Assembly: GCA_017618135.1 (NCBI GenBank)
Contig: JAFZUV010000001.1
Location: 1,627-65,626, forward strand
Direction of reading: 5' to 3'
Source: Clostridia bacterium
GTDB lineage: Bacteria; Bacillota; Clostridia; Oscillospirales; Acutalibacteraceae
Length of the DNA stretch: 64,000 nt
This document shows, in pieces, positions 38,140 to 47,954 of the stretch. The notes below the pieces were generated by a model. That model did not search any database and was not told where the DNA came from. It saw only the letters and a program-made list of their open reading frames with translations. Position 1 is the first letter of the stretch. Each line of letters opens with the position of its first letter. Position numbers and translations under genes: made by a program.

Positions 38140-40176
38140 ATGGAAGTACTTTCTCCCGTCGGTAACAGCGAAGCACTTATAGCCGCGGTTCGCTCGGGAG
38201 CGGACGCGGTGTATTTAGGTCTTAAAAGCTTCAGCGCAAGAAGAAATGCCGATAATTTTGATTTGCCTGAATTTCGCCAGGCCGCCGAGTATTGCCACAC
38301 GCGGGGCGTTAAGGTTTATGTCGCACTTAATATAATGATAAAGGAAAATGAAATCGGTGAAGCTGTAAATGCCGCGATACAGGCGGCAAATTTCGGAGCC
38401 GACGCATTTATTGTATCGGATTTGGGATTTATTTCGATTTTACACAGAGCTTTACCCGAGGCGGTGCTTCACGCCTCAACTCAGATGACGGTGCATTCGC
38501 CCTCAGCCATTACCGCCCTTAAAAAGTTAGGTGTTAAAAGGGTTGTTTTAGGCAGAGAAATGAGCCGCCAGGAAATAAAAGAGTTCTGCACGGCGGCAAA
38601 AGCAGAGAATATTGAGGTTGAGGTATTCGTGCACGGTGCGCTTTGTATGTGCGTATCAGGAAAGTGCCTTCTGTCAAGCACGCTTGGCGGAAGGAGCGGT
38701 AATCGCGGTCTTTGCGCGGGACCGTGCAGACTTATGTTTTCGTCATCCGATGATGAAAGATACGATTTAAGCCTTAAGGATTTATCTTTGATAGACTATA
38801 TAAACGAGCTTAAATGCTTAGGCGTTACTTCGGCAAAAATCGAGGGCAGAATGAAGCGCCCGGAATATGTCGCCGCCGCAACTGCTGCGTGTCGCGCCGC
38901 GTTGGACGGCGTGCCGGACGGCGAACTGCTTTCAGCGCTTAAAAATGTATTCTCACGCTCGGGTTTTACCGACGGTTATTATAAAGGCACCCCCGGTTGT
39001 GATATGTTTGGTATTCGCACGAAGGACGATGTCGATATTTCAAAAACGGCGTTTGCATATCTTCATTCGCTTTACCGCAATGAGCGGCAGAGCGTACCGG
39101 TAAAAATATACGCAAAAATGTCCGCGGGTACTCCGGCAGAGGTCTTATTTGAAGACGATAAGGGTAACCGCGCAAGCATAAAAGGGAAAGTGCCCGAAAT
39201 CGCACAAAAGCGAAGCATACAAGAAAAAGACATAGCGACTTCTCTTTCAAAACTCGGAGGAACTCCGTATTATGCCGGAAGTGTTGAGGTTTACACAGGC
39301 GACGGTCTTTATTTGAATAACGCGGAGCTTAATAATATGCGCAGGGAGGCTGTCAAAAAGCTTAACAAGTTAAGAGCGCAACTTAAAAAGTGTGACACCG
39401 CATATTATAAGCAGATAAGTCCGCAAACAAAAAAATCAAACGGTACCAGGCTTTATGCGAAATTTTTAAAATTATCGGACATTCCGCAGGATGTTTTCTT
39501 AGACGGTGTTATTCTTCCGCTTGACTGTGATTTCGGTAAAATACCGAAAGAAACAGTCAAAATTGTCGAGCTTCCTCGATATATAACTGATGAAAACGCG
39601 GTTTTAAACAGGCTTAAGGATATTAAAAGCGATGGCGTCAATACGGCATACTGCGATAATTTAAGTGCTGTTGTATTAGCGCGTCAGGAAGGCTTAAAAG
39701 TTATAGCTTCAAACGGACTTAACTGTGCAAACTGTGAGAGCGCGGCGGTTTTGAAAGAACTCGGTGCGGATATGGTAACTATCAGTGCCGAAATCAATAT
39801 GGAAAGCGCAAAAAAAATCGCCTCTATGGGCGATACGGGAATATTTGCTTACGGCAGACTTCCGTTAATGCTTACCCGGAACTGTCCGATAAAAAACACC
39901 AAAACCTGCAAAGAGTGCAAAGGAGAAAACAACCTTACCGACAGATTAGGCTTAAATTTCCCGGTTCGTTGCCGCAACGGTTATAGTGAGATTTTAAATT
40001 CCGCGCCAGTCTTTATTGCGGACAAACAGGACGACCTTAAGGCTTTTGATTTCCTGATACTCAGCTTCACGCTTGAACCAAAAGAAGATGTTAAATCGGT
40101 AATAAACAGTTACTTGACCGGCGCTTCCGGCAAAGGTGAGTTTACAAGGGGACTTTACTATAAAAATCTGCCCTGA
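38140..40176 (+). CDS. U32-family peptidase (PrtC/collagenase-like), long form
   Basis: MEVLSPVGNSEALIAAVRSGADAVYLG, conserved E...Cys-rich CPxxC region (GRSGNRGLCAGPCR), 678 aa. Confidence 0.85.
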   Translation: MEVLSPVGNSEALIAAVRSGADAVYLGLKSFSARRNADNFDLPEFRQAAEYCHTRGVKVYVALNIMIKENEIGEAVNAAIQAANFGADAFIVSDLGFISILHRALPEAVLHASTQMTVHSPSAITALKKLGVKRVVLGREMSRQEIKEFCTAAKAENIEVEVFVHGALCMCVSGKCLLSSTLGGRSGNRGLCAGPCRLMFSSSDDERYDLSLKDLSLIDYINELKCLGVTSAKIEGRMKRPEYVAAATAACRAALDGVPDGELLSALKNVFSRSGFTDGYYKGTPGCDMFGIRTKDDVDISKTAFAYLHSLYRNERQSVPVKIYAKMSAGTPAEVLFEDDKGNRASIKGKVPEIAQKRSIQEKDIATSLSKLGGTPYYAGSVEVYTGDGLYLNNAELNNMRREAVKKLNKLRAQLKKCDTAYYKQISPQTKKSNGTRLYAKFLKLSDIPQDVFLDGVILPLDCDFGKIPKETVKIVELPRYITDENAVLNRLKDIKSDGVNTAYCDNLSAVVLARQEGLKVIASNGLNCANCESAAVLKELGADMVTISAEINMESAKKIASMGDTGIFAYGRLPLMLTRNCPIKNTKTCKECKGENNLTDRLGLNFPVRCRNGYSEILNSAPVFIADKQDDLKAFDFLILSFTLEPKEDVKSVINSYLTGASGKGEFTRGLYYKNLP

Positions 40177-40201
40177 ATGATATATAGTGTGTTTAATAAA
40201 A

Positions 40202-40232
40202 CGGCCCGGGGTACCCGGGCCGCTGTTTTTAT
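40202..40232. terminator. bidirectional intrinsic terminator
   Basis: ACGGCCCGGG-GTA-CCCGGGCCGCT followed by GTTTTT. Confidence 0.65.
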
Positions 40233-40648
40233 GCTTTTTGTTCGGTTTTTAAAACATCAATGGCGCGCGTGAGCACCTTCGGCAGGGGAACGCCTATGAG
40301 TGCGGCATTCTCTGTTATGCTTATTGCTTCATTGGTGATAAAGGCAATAATAACGCCGTCTGCTATAAATCCTTGATTTGTGATTTCATCAAGACGAAAT
40401 GCCAACATTACTATTATAAGCGTTATGCCTTTTCTCACAAGTCCTTTAAAACCTGCGCGTGATTCGAGAGCGCCGCTTTTCGATTTGGGGCTTTTACGGA
40501 ATACCGCCGCCAACAGTATTCCGCTTATGTAATCCGCCGCCATAAATATCAAAAGAGTTATCATTGCGCTGTCGAAACCGCCGAATAGTTTTGACAGCGC
40601 CGCCGCTACTGTTCCGGCGGCGGCGCTTATCAGTTCTTTATATTTCAT
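40229..40648 (-). CDS. phage-type holin (holin_4_1 / TcdE-like family)
   Basis: 139 aa, 3 TM. Motif-rich: LLIFMAADYISGILLA, KGLVRKGITLIIVMLAFRLDE, ANGIIIAFITNEAISITENAALIGVPLP-like C-term typical of this holin family. Confidence 0.6.
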   Translation of the reverse strand: MKYKELISAAAGTVAAALSKLFGGFDSAMITLLIFMAADYISGILLAAVFRKSPKSKSGALESRAGFKGLVRKGITLIIVMLAFRLDEITNQGFIADGVIIAFITNEAISITENAALIGVPLPKVLTRAIDVLKTEQKA

Positions 40649-40657
40649 TTTAATATC

Positions 40658-41698
40658 CTATACAAAATATATTTTTATCGCGTCTATTTCACGACCGAAA
40701 TTTCCGGCATAGCCATTTATTCTGTCAGCTTCACTATAGCCTGTAACAGGCGGAAGCCACCTGCCCGACTTTTTCTCGTGTGCTGCGTAACATATGGTTT
40801 TATCGGTATCGGTTCGAAACATAACCGCGTCTATCGGTTGGCCTAAATTCCCTGCGTAATCTTCGCGGTTTTTCACCTCAGGCAGCCAACGGGCCGGTTT
40901 ACCTTTTGATGACGGCACATGTACTTTATAGTATATATTACCGCTTGTAAGATTGGCATATACCGCGCATACCGCGTTTTTAAAATTGCCTGCGTAATCA
41001 GTGTCGTTTACCACATTAGGTAACCACTTATCCTTTACATTTTCCCACACCTGGTAAATCACATCCGGGTTTTGGGGTAAAGGAACATCCGGAGTCTGGG
41101 GCTTTTCTTTTAAACTTAAAAACTCTATAAGTCCTTCCGCCACCGCGCGGGCATAGCCCTGTTTTCCGGCTTCTGAAGTTATTATTTTGTAATCGGAAGA
41201 CCCGTCCATAAAGCCGCCCTCACAGAGAACCGCCGGAACTTTATTCTGGTTGATAACGGCAAAATTCGCCCTCTTTATGCCACGCCCTTTAAGACCGGTA
41301 TATTGCACGAGTCTGTCATAAATAAGGCTCGCTAAACGCTCGTCTTTTTCGGTGGGAGTTCTATCGGTATAAACCTCTACACCTGTGGCATTGTTCCAGT
41401 TGCCTGTGAAGGCGTTGTGATGAATTGAAACAAATGTATCAACTCCTGCTTTTATATATGCGTTTACCCTTGAAGAGAGGCTTTCGTCTATATTGCCTTC
41501 GTTGTTGTCCGTGCGTATAATTTCGCAATCATATTTTGACAGAATTGCCGCAATACGGTCGCAAACATCGTCGTTGAGTGACCATTCCTTAATGCCGTCA
41601 GGCGTTTGCTTACCGGCGGTATATAAGCCGTGACCGGCATCAAGTCCTATCTTTTTCATATAATTCCCTCCTATAACAGGATATGAAAAGGAAAACAT
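40658..41698 (-). CDS. N-acetylmuramoyl-L-alanine amidase (Amidase_3) with three C-terminal cell-wall-binding repeats
   Basis: KIGLDAGHG...VSIHHNAF...GVEVY...GGFMDG (Amidase_3). Three repeats (K/R)WLPxVxN..DYAGN.G..IDA at the C-terminus. 10 nt upstream of the holin. Confidence 0.85.
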   Translation of the reverse strand: MFSFSYPVIGGNYMKKIGLDAGHGLYTAGKQTPDGIKEWSLNDDVCDRIAAILSKYDCEIIRTDNNEGNIDESLSSRVNAYIKAGVDTFVSIHHNAFTGNWNNATGVEVYTDRTPTEKDERLASLIYDRLVQYTGLKGRGIKRANFAVINQNKVPAVLCEGGFMDGSSDYKIITSEAGKQGYARAVAEGLIEFLSLKEKPQTPDVPLPQNPDVIYQVWENVKDKWLPNVVNDTDYAGNFKNAVCAVYANLTSGNIYYKVHVPSSKGKPARWLPEVKNREDYAGNLGQPIDAVMFRTDTDKTICYAAHEKKSGRWLPPVTGYSEADRINGYAGNFGREIDAIKIYFV

Positions 41699-41767
41699 AA
41701 AGTTTCCCTTTCTACACCTTGCACAGCGAGGGAATACTACACTTTAAATTTGCGACATTCAATGACT

Positions 41768-42670
41768 TTATATCAAAAGTACAACCGATAGAATAAAACT
41801 CAGATACTTTTGGCTTTTTACACCGGTATTGCACAAAATATTGGATGAAAGGCGTATAAGTATCGCGCATTTTAAAATGTAACATACAAAAAACGCAAAA
41901 TAGGCAAATCCGTCCATACGGGTAAAGATACTGCCTATCGTGACTGTGCTGATGTCGTCGATATAAGGATATTTAAGCTTTGAAGCAAGCGACAGACCGA
42001 AGCTTAAAATACTGTCGAGTATAACAATAACGCACAATAACATACCCCAAGCCACACCCGAAGGCACTATAAAACGCGGTGCGGATTTTCTTAAATCACC
42101 GCTAATGAATAAAACCGCGAGCAATAACGGAAAAAACAATCTGTAACAGTAGTCGGATATATGTTTAAACGAGATATCCGAAAAGGAAAACACGGTTTTC
42201 AGGTTTAAAATGTCGAAATTCTTTATTGAAATTAAAAACATTATAACAAATATGGCGGTTATAAAAAAAGCCGAAAGAACAGAAAACTTATAAATAGTAT
42301 CCTTGCCTTTTGAGGCGAGATATGCCGCACATACCGCAAAAATCAGTTTTATTAAAAACATATTTGCTTTTATCAGCAGATTTTCGTAAATAAACACGGT
42401 GTATTCCCGCGCGGCAAATACCGCGTATGTCAAAGACAACGCAAAAATGACGGCGTATATTATACCTTTAACAACGCTGTTTTTTACCTCAAGTATTTTT
42501 TTCAGCGGTTTAAAGACCGGAAGAACAATCAGAATTCCCAACAAAACAGCAGCCGGAAGCTCAATAAGATTTTTACTGTAAAGCGGCATAAGAATTATAC
42601 TGTCAGCCACGCTAAAGACGCATAAAAGCGCGGAGAAATGCAAATATGAAACCGTATATTTATTTTCCAT
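41768..42670 (-). CDS. polytopic membrane protein, probable GerAB-type germinant receptor B subunit (short)
   Basis: ~9 TM, 300 aa. Overlaps the GerAC-like gene by 11 nt in the A-C-B order seen in clostridial ger operons. Assignment is by context. Confidence 0.4.
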   Translation of the reverse strand: MENKYTVSYLHFSALLCVFSVADSIILMPLYSKNLIELPAAVLLGILIVLPVFKPLKKILEVKNSVVKGIIYAVIFALSLTYAVFAAREYTVFIYENLLIKANMFLIKLIFAVCAAYLASKGKDTIYKFSVLSAFFITAIFVIMFLISIKNFDILNLKTVFSFSDISFKHISDYCYRLFFPLLLAVLFISGDLRKSAPRFIVPSGVAWGMLLCVIVILDSILSFGLSLASKLKYPYIDDISTVTIGSIFTRMDGFAYFAFFVCYILKCAILIRLSSNILCNTGVKSQKYLSFILSVVLLI

Positions 42671-43604
42671 TTATGACCACCTGTGCAGACTTTATCTTTT
42701 CAAATGACGAAACACCCAGCACATTAAGCGCAGTGTTGCCGTAAAGCCTATCCATAAGCTTCATAATATCCCGCTTAAGGGCTTTGCTTTTCCGGTCCGA
42801 CTTATTCCGATAGCGGCAGGTTACGGTTATTTTGAGGATCTTGTCTCGGGCTTTTAATTTGGTTTTTAATCTGTTTATCCTGCATTTGTTGTTGCTTACT
42901 TTAATTTCTCCGCCGCTGCTTCCCGAATAGAGGAGATTATAAACAAGCGACTCTTCTTTGTTAAGCGTTATTACAGGCGAGTAATCGCGGAACACAGTCT
43001 CGCCGGAAATTGTAGGGCGTTTGTTTTTTTCGGATACGACGGGCAGACAAAAGCCCTCCGTTTCTATTTGTCTTGAGCAGATCTCATAATACTTGTTTTT
43101 AAAGCTGACTCCCGTATTTGAAGTTATATTGGTTTCTATATTCATAATGTCATACCCTACGCTGGGGGTTTGCGGTTTGAGCTTTAAAATACCTGCAATA
43201 TTATCGGATGTAAACATAAATATACCCAAATTCAGATTTTTTGTATCGTATAGATACTTAATAATTGCCTTAAAGTCTTCCCCCTCTACCGCCGTGCCTA
43301 TGATTGCGGTACTGCAGTGGTCGAAAACAGCGGTTCTCGGCATACCGGATGTTGTATTTGATACGGCGTCATATGGGGTTTTGCCTGTGGCGCTGAACAC
43401 TTTACTGCGCGTTTCTTTGTCATTCGGGCTGATTACCAAAACCTCAACATAAGCTTTGAACCCCTTTTCCGCCTCATCAAAACATATGGTGGAAACATAA
43501 TACTCGCTGTCGGTTTCACGGTAGCCCTTGCAGGACGACAGGCACAAGACCAGACATATTGTTATGACAAGAAAAAATGTTTTTCTAACCATTTTTTTCA
43601 CCAC
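42660..43604 (-). CDS. germinant receptor C subunit lipoprotein (Ger(x)C family)
   Basis: Lipobox LCLSSC. Size, context and Ger(x)C-like composition. Overlaps gerAA by 20 nt. Confidence 0.65.
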   Translation of the reverse strand: MVKKMVRKTFFLVITICLVLCLSSCKGYRETDSEYYVSTICFDEAEKGFKAYVEVLVISPNDKETRSKVFSATGKTPYDAVSNTTSGMPRTAVFDHCSTAIIGTAVEGEDFKAIIKYLYDTKNLNLGIFMFTSDNIAGILKLKPQTPSVGYDIMNIETNITSNTGVSFKNKYYEICSRQIETEGFCLPVVSEKNKRPTISGETVFRDYSPVITLNKEESLVYNLLYSGSSGGEIKVSNNKCRINRLKTKLKARDKILKITVTCRYRNKSDRKSKALKRDIMKLMDRLYGNTALNVLGVSSFEKIKSAQVVINGK

Positions 43605-45075
43605 TTGAGCGTTTAATATCCTTACTGAAGGGAGGGCGGGTTATCATATTTGTCCATGGCGCCCGTAATACGCTGTCCTTTAAGGACTGAAAGTTTATTT
43701 TTCGCAGTGATAAAGTGTAATCGACACCAAAGGATTTTATACTGAGAACATATATGAGCAGCAAAGCGCTTATCATCATAAATCCGTAAAGTCCCAAAAG
43801 TGAGCATATTATCACCGATATTATTCTGACATATAGAACAGATGTCTTTAGTCTTGGAACCATCAGTCCGCTTATTCCGCTGAAAGCTACCGCGATAAGC
43901 ATAGGAGCGCTTATTATTTTGGCTTCAACCGCCGCCTGTCCCACTACCAGACCGCCCACAATGCTAAGCGCGTGACCGAGGCTTTGCGACATGCGGATTC
44001 CCGCTTCCTTCAACACTTCAAAAACTATAACCAACAACAGGCATTCGCCGACAGAGGATATAGGAACGCCCATACGAAGCTCCGCCACGGAAATTGCGAA
44101 ATGGGTCGGCATAAGCTCTATGTGAAAAGTAGAAAGAGCTACAAAAACCGCCGGTACCGAAACTGAAGCCACAAAGCATATATATCTTAAAAATCTGCGA
44201 ACACTCGCCACAAAAAAATTAAGATAATAGTCTTCGTCAGATTGGAAGTTTTCAGAAAAAAGATAGGGGACGGTCAGCACCATGGGAGTACCGTCAACTA
44301 TAATAGCCACTCTTCCTTCAAGAAGCCTGCCCACTACAACATCGGGTCGCTCTGTAGTGCCTACTGTTTTAAAAAGACTATATTTCCCGTCTCTTATGTG
44401 CTCGGTAAGATAGTTGCTGTCAAGCACACCGTCAATATCGATATTTTCAAGCCTTTTTTTAAGTTCGCTTATAATTGCGTTGTCGGCGAGCGTTTCAAGG
44501 TAACATATATAAACCGCAGTATCGCTTCGCTTGCCTGTCTTTAGCGATTTTATGCGTAAATCGGGATTGATTAGTCTCCGTCTTATCAGTGCGAGGTTTA
44601 AAATGGCCACTTCGCAAAATCCCTCCCGGGGGCCTTGAGTTACGCGCTCATCAACCGGTTCTTCTATTGCCCTTACGGGGAAACCCTTTGTGTTTATGCA
44701 GATTGCGGTGGAGCTTCCCGATAGCAGTAACAGAGTATCTCCCGATAAAATTGTAAACAGCATTTCATCAACTGTGGTTTTCAAAGACACCTCGCTTGCG
44801 AAAAGCACTTTTTCACTCACATCGCGTGCGCTTATATAATTATCATTGTCAAGTCTTGCCAAGCTTAACGGTTTTATGACATTTTCACTCAGAAAATGAC
44901 TGTTTACCATTCCGTCAAGAAAAAGCAGGGCAAATTCGCAGCTTGAGTTCGCAGGCGTAAGATTTCGTACGCGAAGAATAGAATCATCCTTTATCGCGGC
45001 AGTCAAAAAAGCTATGTCTTTATTTATGTTTCCGGTAATTCGAGCTTCTTTATAATCGGTAATAAAAGACGCCAA
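43585..45075 (-). CDS. gerAA: spore germination protein GerAA-type (KA subunit)
   Basis: 496 aa. GerA family core ...ERPDVVVGRLLEGRVAIIVDGTP..., C-terminal TM cluster with MPTHFAISVAELR / SPMLIAVAFSGISG. Confidence 0.85.
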   Translation of the reverse strand: MASFITDYKEARITGNINKDIAFLTAAIKDDSILRVRNLTPANSSCEFALLFLDGMVNSHFLSENVIKPLSLARLDNDNYISARDVSEKVLFASEVSLKTTVDEMLFTILSGDTLLLLSGSSTAICINTKGFPVRAIEEPVDERVTQGPREGFCEVAILNLALIRRRLINPDLRIKSLKTGKRSDTAVYICYLETLADNAIISELKKRLENIDIDGVLDSNYLTEHIRDGKYSLFKTVGTTERPDVVVGRLLEGRVAIIVDGTPMVLTVPYLFSENFQSDEDYYLNFFVASVRRFLRYICFVASVSVPAVFVALSTFHIELMPTHFAISVAELRMGVPISSVGECLLLVIVFEVLKEAGIRMSQSLGHALSIVGGLVVGQAAVEAKIISAPMLIAVAFSGISGLMVPRLKTSVLYVRIISVIICSLLGLYGFMMISALLLIYVLSIKSFGVDYTLSLRKINFQSLKDSVLRAPWTNMITRPPFSKDIKRSSGEKNG

Positions 45076-45140
45076 AAAAATCCCTCCCGGTGTTTTTGTT
45101 ATTATTTACAAATAGGGGGAATTTATGTTTAAATAATAAA

Positions 45141-45178
45141 GATGAGACGGTAAAGGGCGCGCCCTTTACCGTCTCATC
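45141..45178 (-). terminator. strong intrinsic terminator after the small export protein gene
   Basis: GATGAGACGGTAAAGGGCGC/GCGCCCTTTACCGTCTCATC perfect 18-bp stem, A/T-rich flank. Confidence 0.65.
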
Positions 45179-45198
45179 TCAATATGTATATAGTTTTA

Positions 45199-45678
45199 TT
45201 AAAAAAATAACGCGTTTGCGCCGCAGGTGATAAACGCTACTATTACCGCCGCGGCGATAACTCCTGATACTATCGCCGGCAATGCTCGCTTAAGCCGCAT
45301 ATCAAGCATAGCCGCAACCAGTGCGCCGGTCCATGCTCCGGTTCCGGGCAGGGGAATGGCTACAAGCAGAAAAAGTCCCCAAAACGAGTATTTTTTTACT
45401 ACATCAGATTTGCTTTCGGCTCTGTTCTCAAGCTTTGTTACAAGTCCGTCAAATTTAGGAACAGACCTGCGGATGAGCGCGAATATTTTTCTTATGAAAA
45501 TTATAATAAACGGTACCGGTATTAAATTGCCGATTATGGATACCACAACTGAAATCCAGATGTTAAGCCCCATACCGTAGCCGTACGGAATCGCACCGCG
45601 AAGCTCGATAACCGGCACCATTGATACTAAAAAGGTAGTTATAACTTTACCGGCTGTTTTTCCGAAAAAGCCCAACAT
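45199..45678 (-). CDS. small multidrug export protein family (Sm_multidrug_ex / COG2426) membrane protein
   Basis: VPVIELRGAIPYGYGMGLNIWISVVVSIIGNLIPVPFIIIF matches the family core. Start moved to the internal Met (MLGFFGK), which removes a 100-nt overlap with the upstream gene. Confidence 0.55.
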   Translation of the reverse strand: MLGFFGKTAGKVITTFLVSMVPVIELRGAIPYGYGMGLNIWISVVVSIIGNLIPVPFIIIFIRKIFALIRRSVPKFDGLVTKLENRAESKSDVVKKYSFWGLFLLVAIPLPGTGAWTGALVAAMLDMRLKRALPAIVSGVIAAAVIVAFITCGANALFF

Positions 45679-45689
45679 ACATCCCCCTT

Positions 45690-46745
45690 TTAAAGAAATG
45701 CAACAGGTGAAATCACACCGAATAACCGTTTTATATAATCGGTGGTGGAAATACCGTTTTTCATTGGTACATATATGAGAAAATAACAAAGTCCCAAAAC
45801 GGCAAAAAGCAAGATTAAGGTTATTATCAGTATTGAAATACTTATTCCCTTGCTTCGCCCGTCGCTGTAGGAATTATCTTCGGCGACAAACTCATCATCA
45901 TCTTCGTAAACGGTATTATCGAGTTCATTTTCAACATTATCGTAATCAACATTACCGTAAGAATCCTCTGTGGAAAAATCAAATTCTATATTGTGTTCGA
46001 TTTCATCGGACATATCTTCCGCCTGCCGGTTTGTAAGCTCTTCACTCACATCACTTTGAGATTCTTTTACCATATTATCCAAAGAGCCGGGCTTGCCGTT
46101 ATCGGTTTTTTCATCTTGAATACCAGTTTTAGTATTTTCCGGTAGGGCTTCGCCTTCGTCGTCCTGACCGTTATCGTCAGACAGGGCATCAACCGCTTCC
46201 GGCAACTCGCTGTCTGTCGGCGTTTCCTTTGCGGCCGCGCGTGCAATACCCTCTATACCGCTTGCTTTTATGCTTCCTGTAGATTGCAAAAGGCTGGTTT
46301 CTTCAATATAAGGGTGAATCAGGTTTTTCATAATTGATTTTCTGACCGTTTTATTTTCGGTAAGCAATACAATAGTTTGAGGGCCGCTTTCTATTATGCA
46401 TCCGCCGAAATACCCCTCGGGGGTTACAAGCGGAACAGCACCGTCAATTATTTTTATTTCACTATCCGATGCTATTCCGTAAGCCGTGTTATCAACCGCC
46501 TTAAGTGGGCGGCTAATGGCGGTTGAAGTGATTGATATAAGTCCGTCTTCTCCGAAAATCGGTCCTACGCAGAGTATTATCCGACTTCTCGATACCGCGC
46601 GTGCTAACGAATTAACAAACTCCTTTTTATCCTTTGCTTTACCATTTAAAAGTCGCATATGGCAACAACCGCCGAGATTAAACTCAAATTCGAAATCCGT
46701 AGGGGTCGCGAAATAAACGATGTCAACTTTAATGTTCTGTATCAT
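45690..46745 (-). CDS. CinA-like (MoCF-biosynthesis fold) domain protein with long acidic disordered linker and C-terminal TM anchor
   Basis: RIILCVGPIFGEDGLISIT and PEGYFGGCIIESGPQTIVLLTENKTV parallel the CinA N-domain DLIILTGGLGPTKDDLT / HGTAPGMIVEHNGKTIILLPGPP. Then ~120 aa D/E-rich stretch, then SISILIITLILLFAVLGLCYFLIYV. Confidence 0.4.
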   Translation of the reverse strand: MIQNIKVDIVYFATPTDFEFEFNLGGCCHMRLLNGKAKDKKEFVNSLARAVSRSRIILCVGPIFGEDGLISITSTAISRPLKAVDNTAYGIASDSEIKIIDGAVPLVTPEGYFGGCIIESGPQTIVLLTENKTVRKSIMKNLIHPYIEETSLLQSTGSIKASGIEGIARAAAKETPTDSELPEAVDALSDDNGQDDEGEALPENTKTGIQDEKTDNGKPGSLDNMVKESQSDVSEELTNRQAEDMSDEIEHNIEFDFSTEDSYGNVDYDNVENELDNTVYEDDDEFVAEDNSYSDGRSKGISISILIITLILLFAVLGLCYFLIYVPMKNGISTTDYIKRLFGVISPVAFL

Positions 46746-46784
46746 TTTTTTCTCCTTTTGAATTATCTTCTGCTATATAATAGT

Positions 46785-47954
46785 TTATTCTATGAACGAA
46801 TACTCTATTCCCGATATGGCTCTTTCGATAAGAGGCTCTATATCAAGATCCTTTTCCGCCATTTCGCACTGACCTTTCTTAGGCTTTGTGTGGGGATGTT
46901 TCGGCGTAAATACCGTGCAGCAATCCTCATAAGGTAAAATGGAGGTCTCAAAAGCATCAATTTTCTTTGAAATAACGACTATTTCCTCTTTGTCCATTCC
47001 TATAAGAGGACGCAGTACCGGGAGCGTGCTTACCTCATCTGTTGCGGATAAAGCAGGAAGAGTCTGACTTGCAACCTGTCCGAGACTCTCTCCGGTTATC
47101 AGGGCAAGACAGCCGTTATCAGCTGCAACGCGTGAGGATATGCGCATCATAAGCCTTCGCATAATAAGAGTGAAATAGTCTTCCGGACAGTGTTTTCCTA
47201 TTTCCTCTTGAATTTCGGTAAACGGAACAACGGCAAGCTTTATGGTTCCGCAATAACGGGCTACTTTAGAAATCAGCGTTTTAACCTTTTCTTCCGCGCG
47301 TATACTGGTATATGGCGGACTTGCAAAATGTATTGCAAGGAGCGATACTCCCCTTTTTGCCATAAGATATGAGGCTACCGGACTGTCAATCCCGCCGGAA
47401 ATCAACACCGCCGCTTTGCCCGATGTGCCCGTAGGCAGGCCTCCGGCGCCTTTATATTGCGCACCCCGTACATAAGCTCCTTTTTCTCTTATTTCCACTG
47501 TAATTATTGTTTCCGGAGAATGTACATCCACCATTAAATAAGGGTAATTCTTCAGTATTTCTCCTCCGAGATTTGCAGATATTTGAGGTGAGGTGAAAGG
47601 AAAGCTCTTATCGGCTCTTTTTGCCTCAACCTTAAATGTTTTCTTGTCTTTAAGTATATCTTTTAAGTAACCGGGCATTTCGCGCAGAATGGCGGACATA
47701 TCCTTTTCGCAAACCCCGGCGCGGCTGTATGCGGCTATTCCGAAAACGCGACCTACATCGTCAAGCGCCGCAGGAAAATTAAAGCTGTCATCAATCGGCT
47801 CAATGCAAACGGTCGACTGAGCCTTTGATATTGTAACCGGACCGTATTTTTTAAGTCGTCTTTTAATCGTGGATATCATTTTATCCTCAAAAACCGAACG
47901 GTTAAGCCCCTTCAAGGCAAGCTCACCGTCTTTTATAAGGATTACCTCTTTCAT
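46785..47954 (-). CDS. thiI: tRNA 4-thiouridine synthase ThiI
   Basis: THUMP region + PP-loop LISGGIDSPVASYLMAKRG. Confidence 0.9.
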   Translation of the reverse strand: MKEVILIKDGELALKGLNRSVFEDKMISTIKRRLKKYGPVTISKAQSTVCIEPIDDSFNFPAALDDVGRVFGIAAYSRAGVCEKDMSAILREMPGYLKDILKDKKTFKVEAKRADKSFPFTSPQISANLGGEILKNYPYLMVDVHSPETIITVEIREKGAYVRGAQYKGAGGLPTGTSGKAAVLISGGIDSPVASYLMAKRGVSLLAIHFASPPYTSIRAEEKVKTLISKVARYCGTIKLAVVPFTEIQEEIGKHCPEDYFTLIMRRLMMRISSRVAADNGCLALITGESLGQVASQTLPALSATDEVSTLPVLRPLIGMDKEEIVVISKKIDAFETSILPYEDCCTVFTPKHPHTKPKKGQCEMAEKDLDIEPLIERAISGIEYSFIE

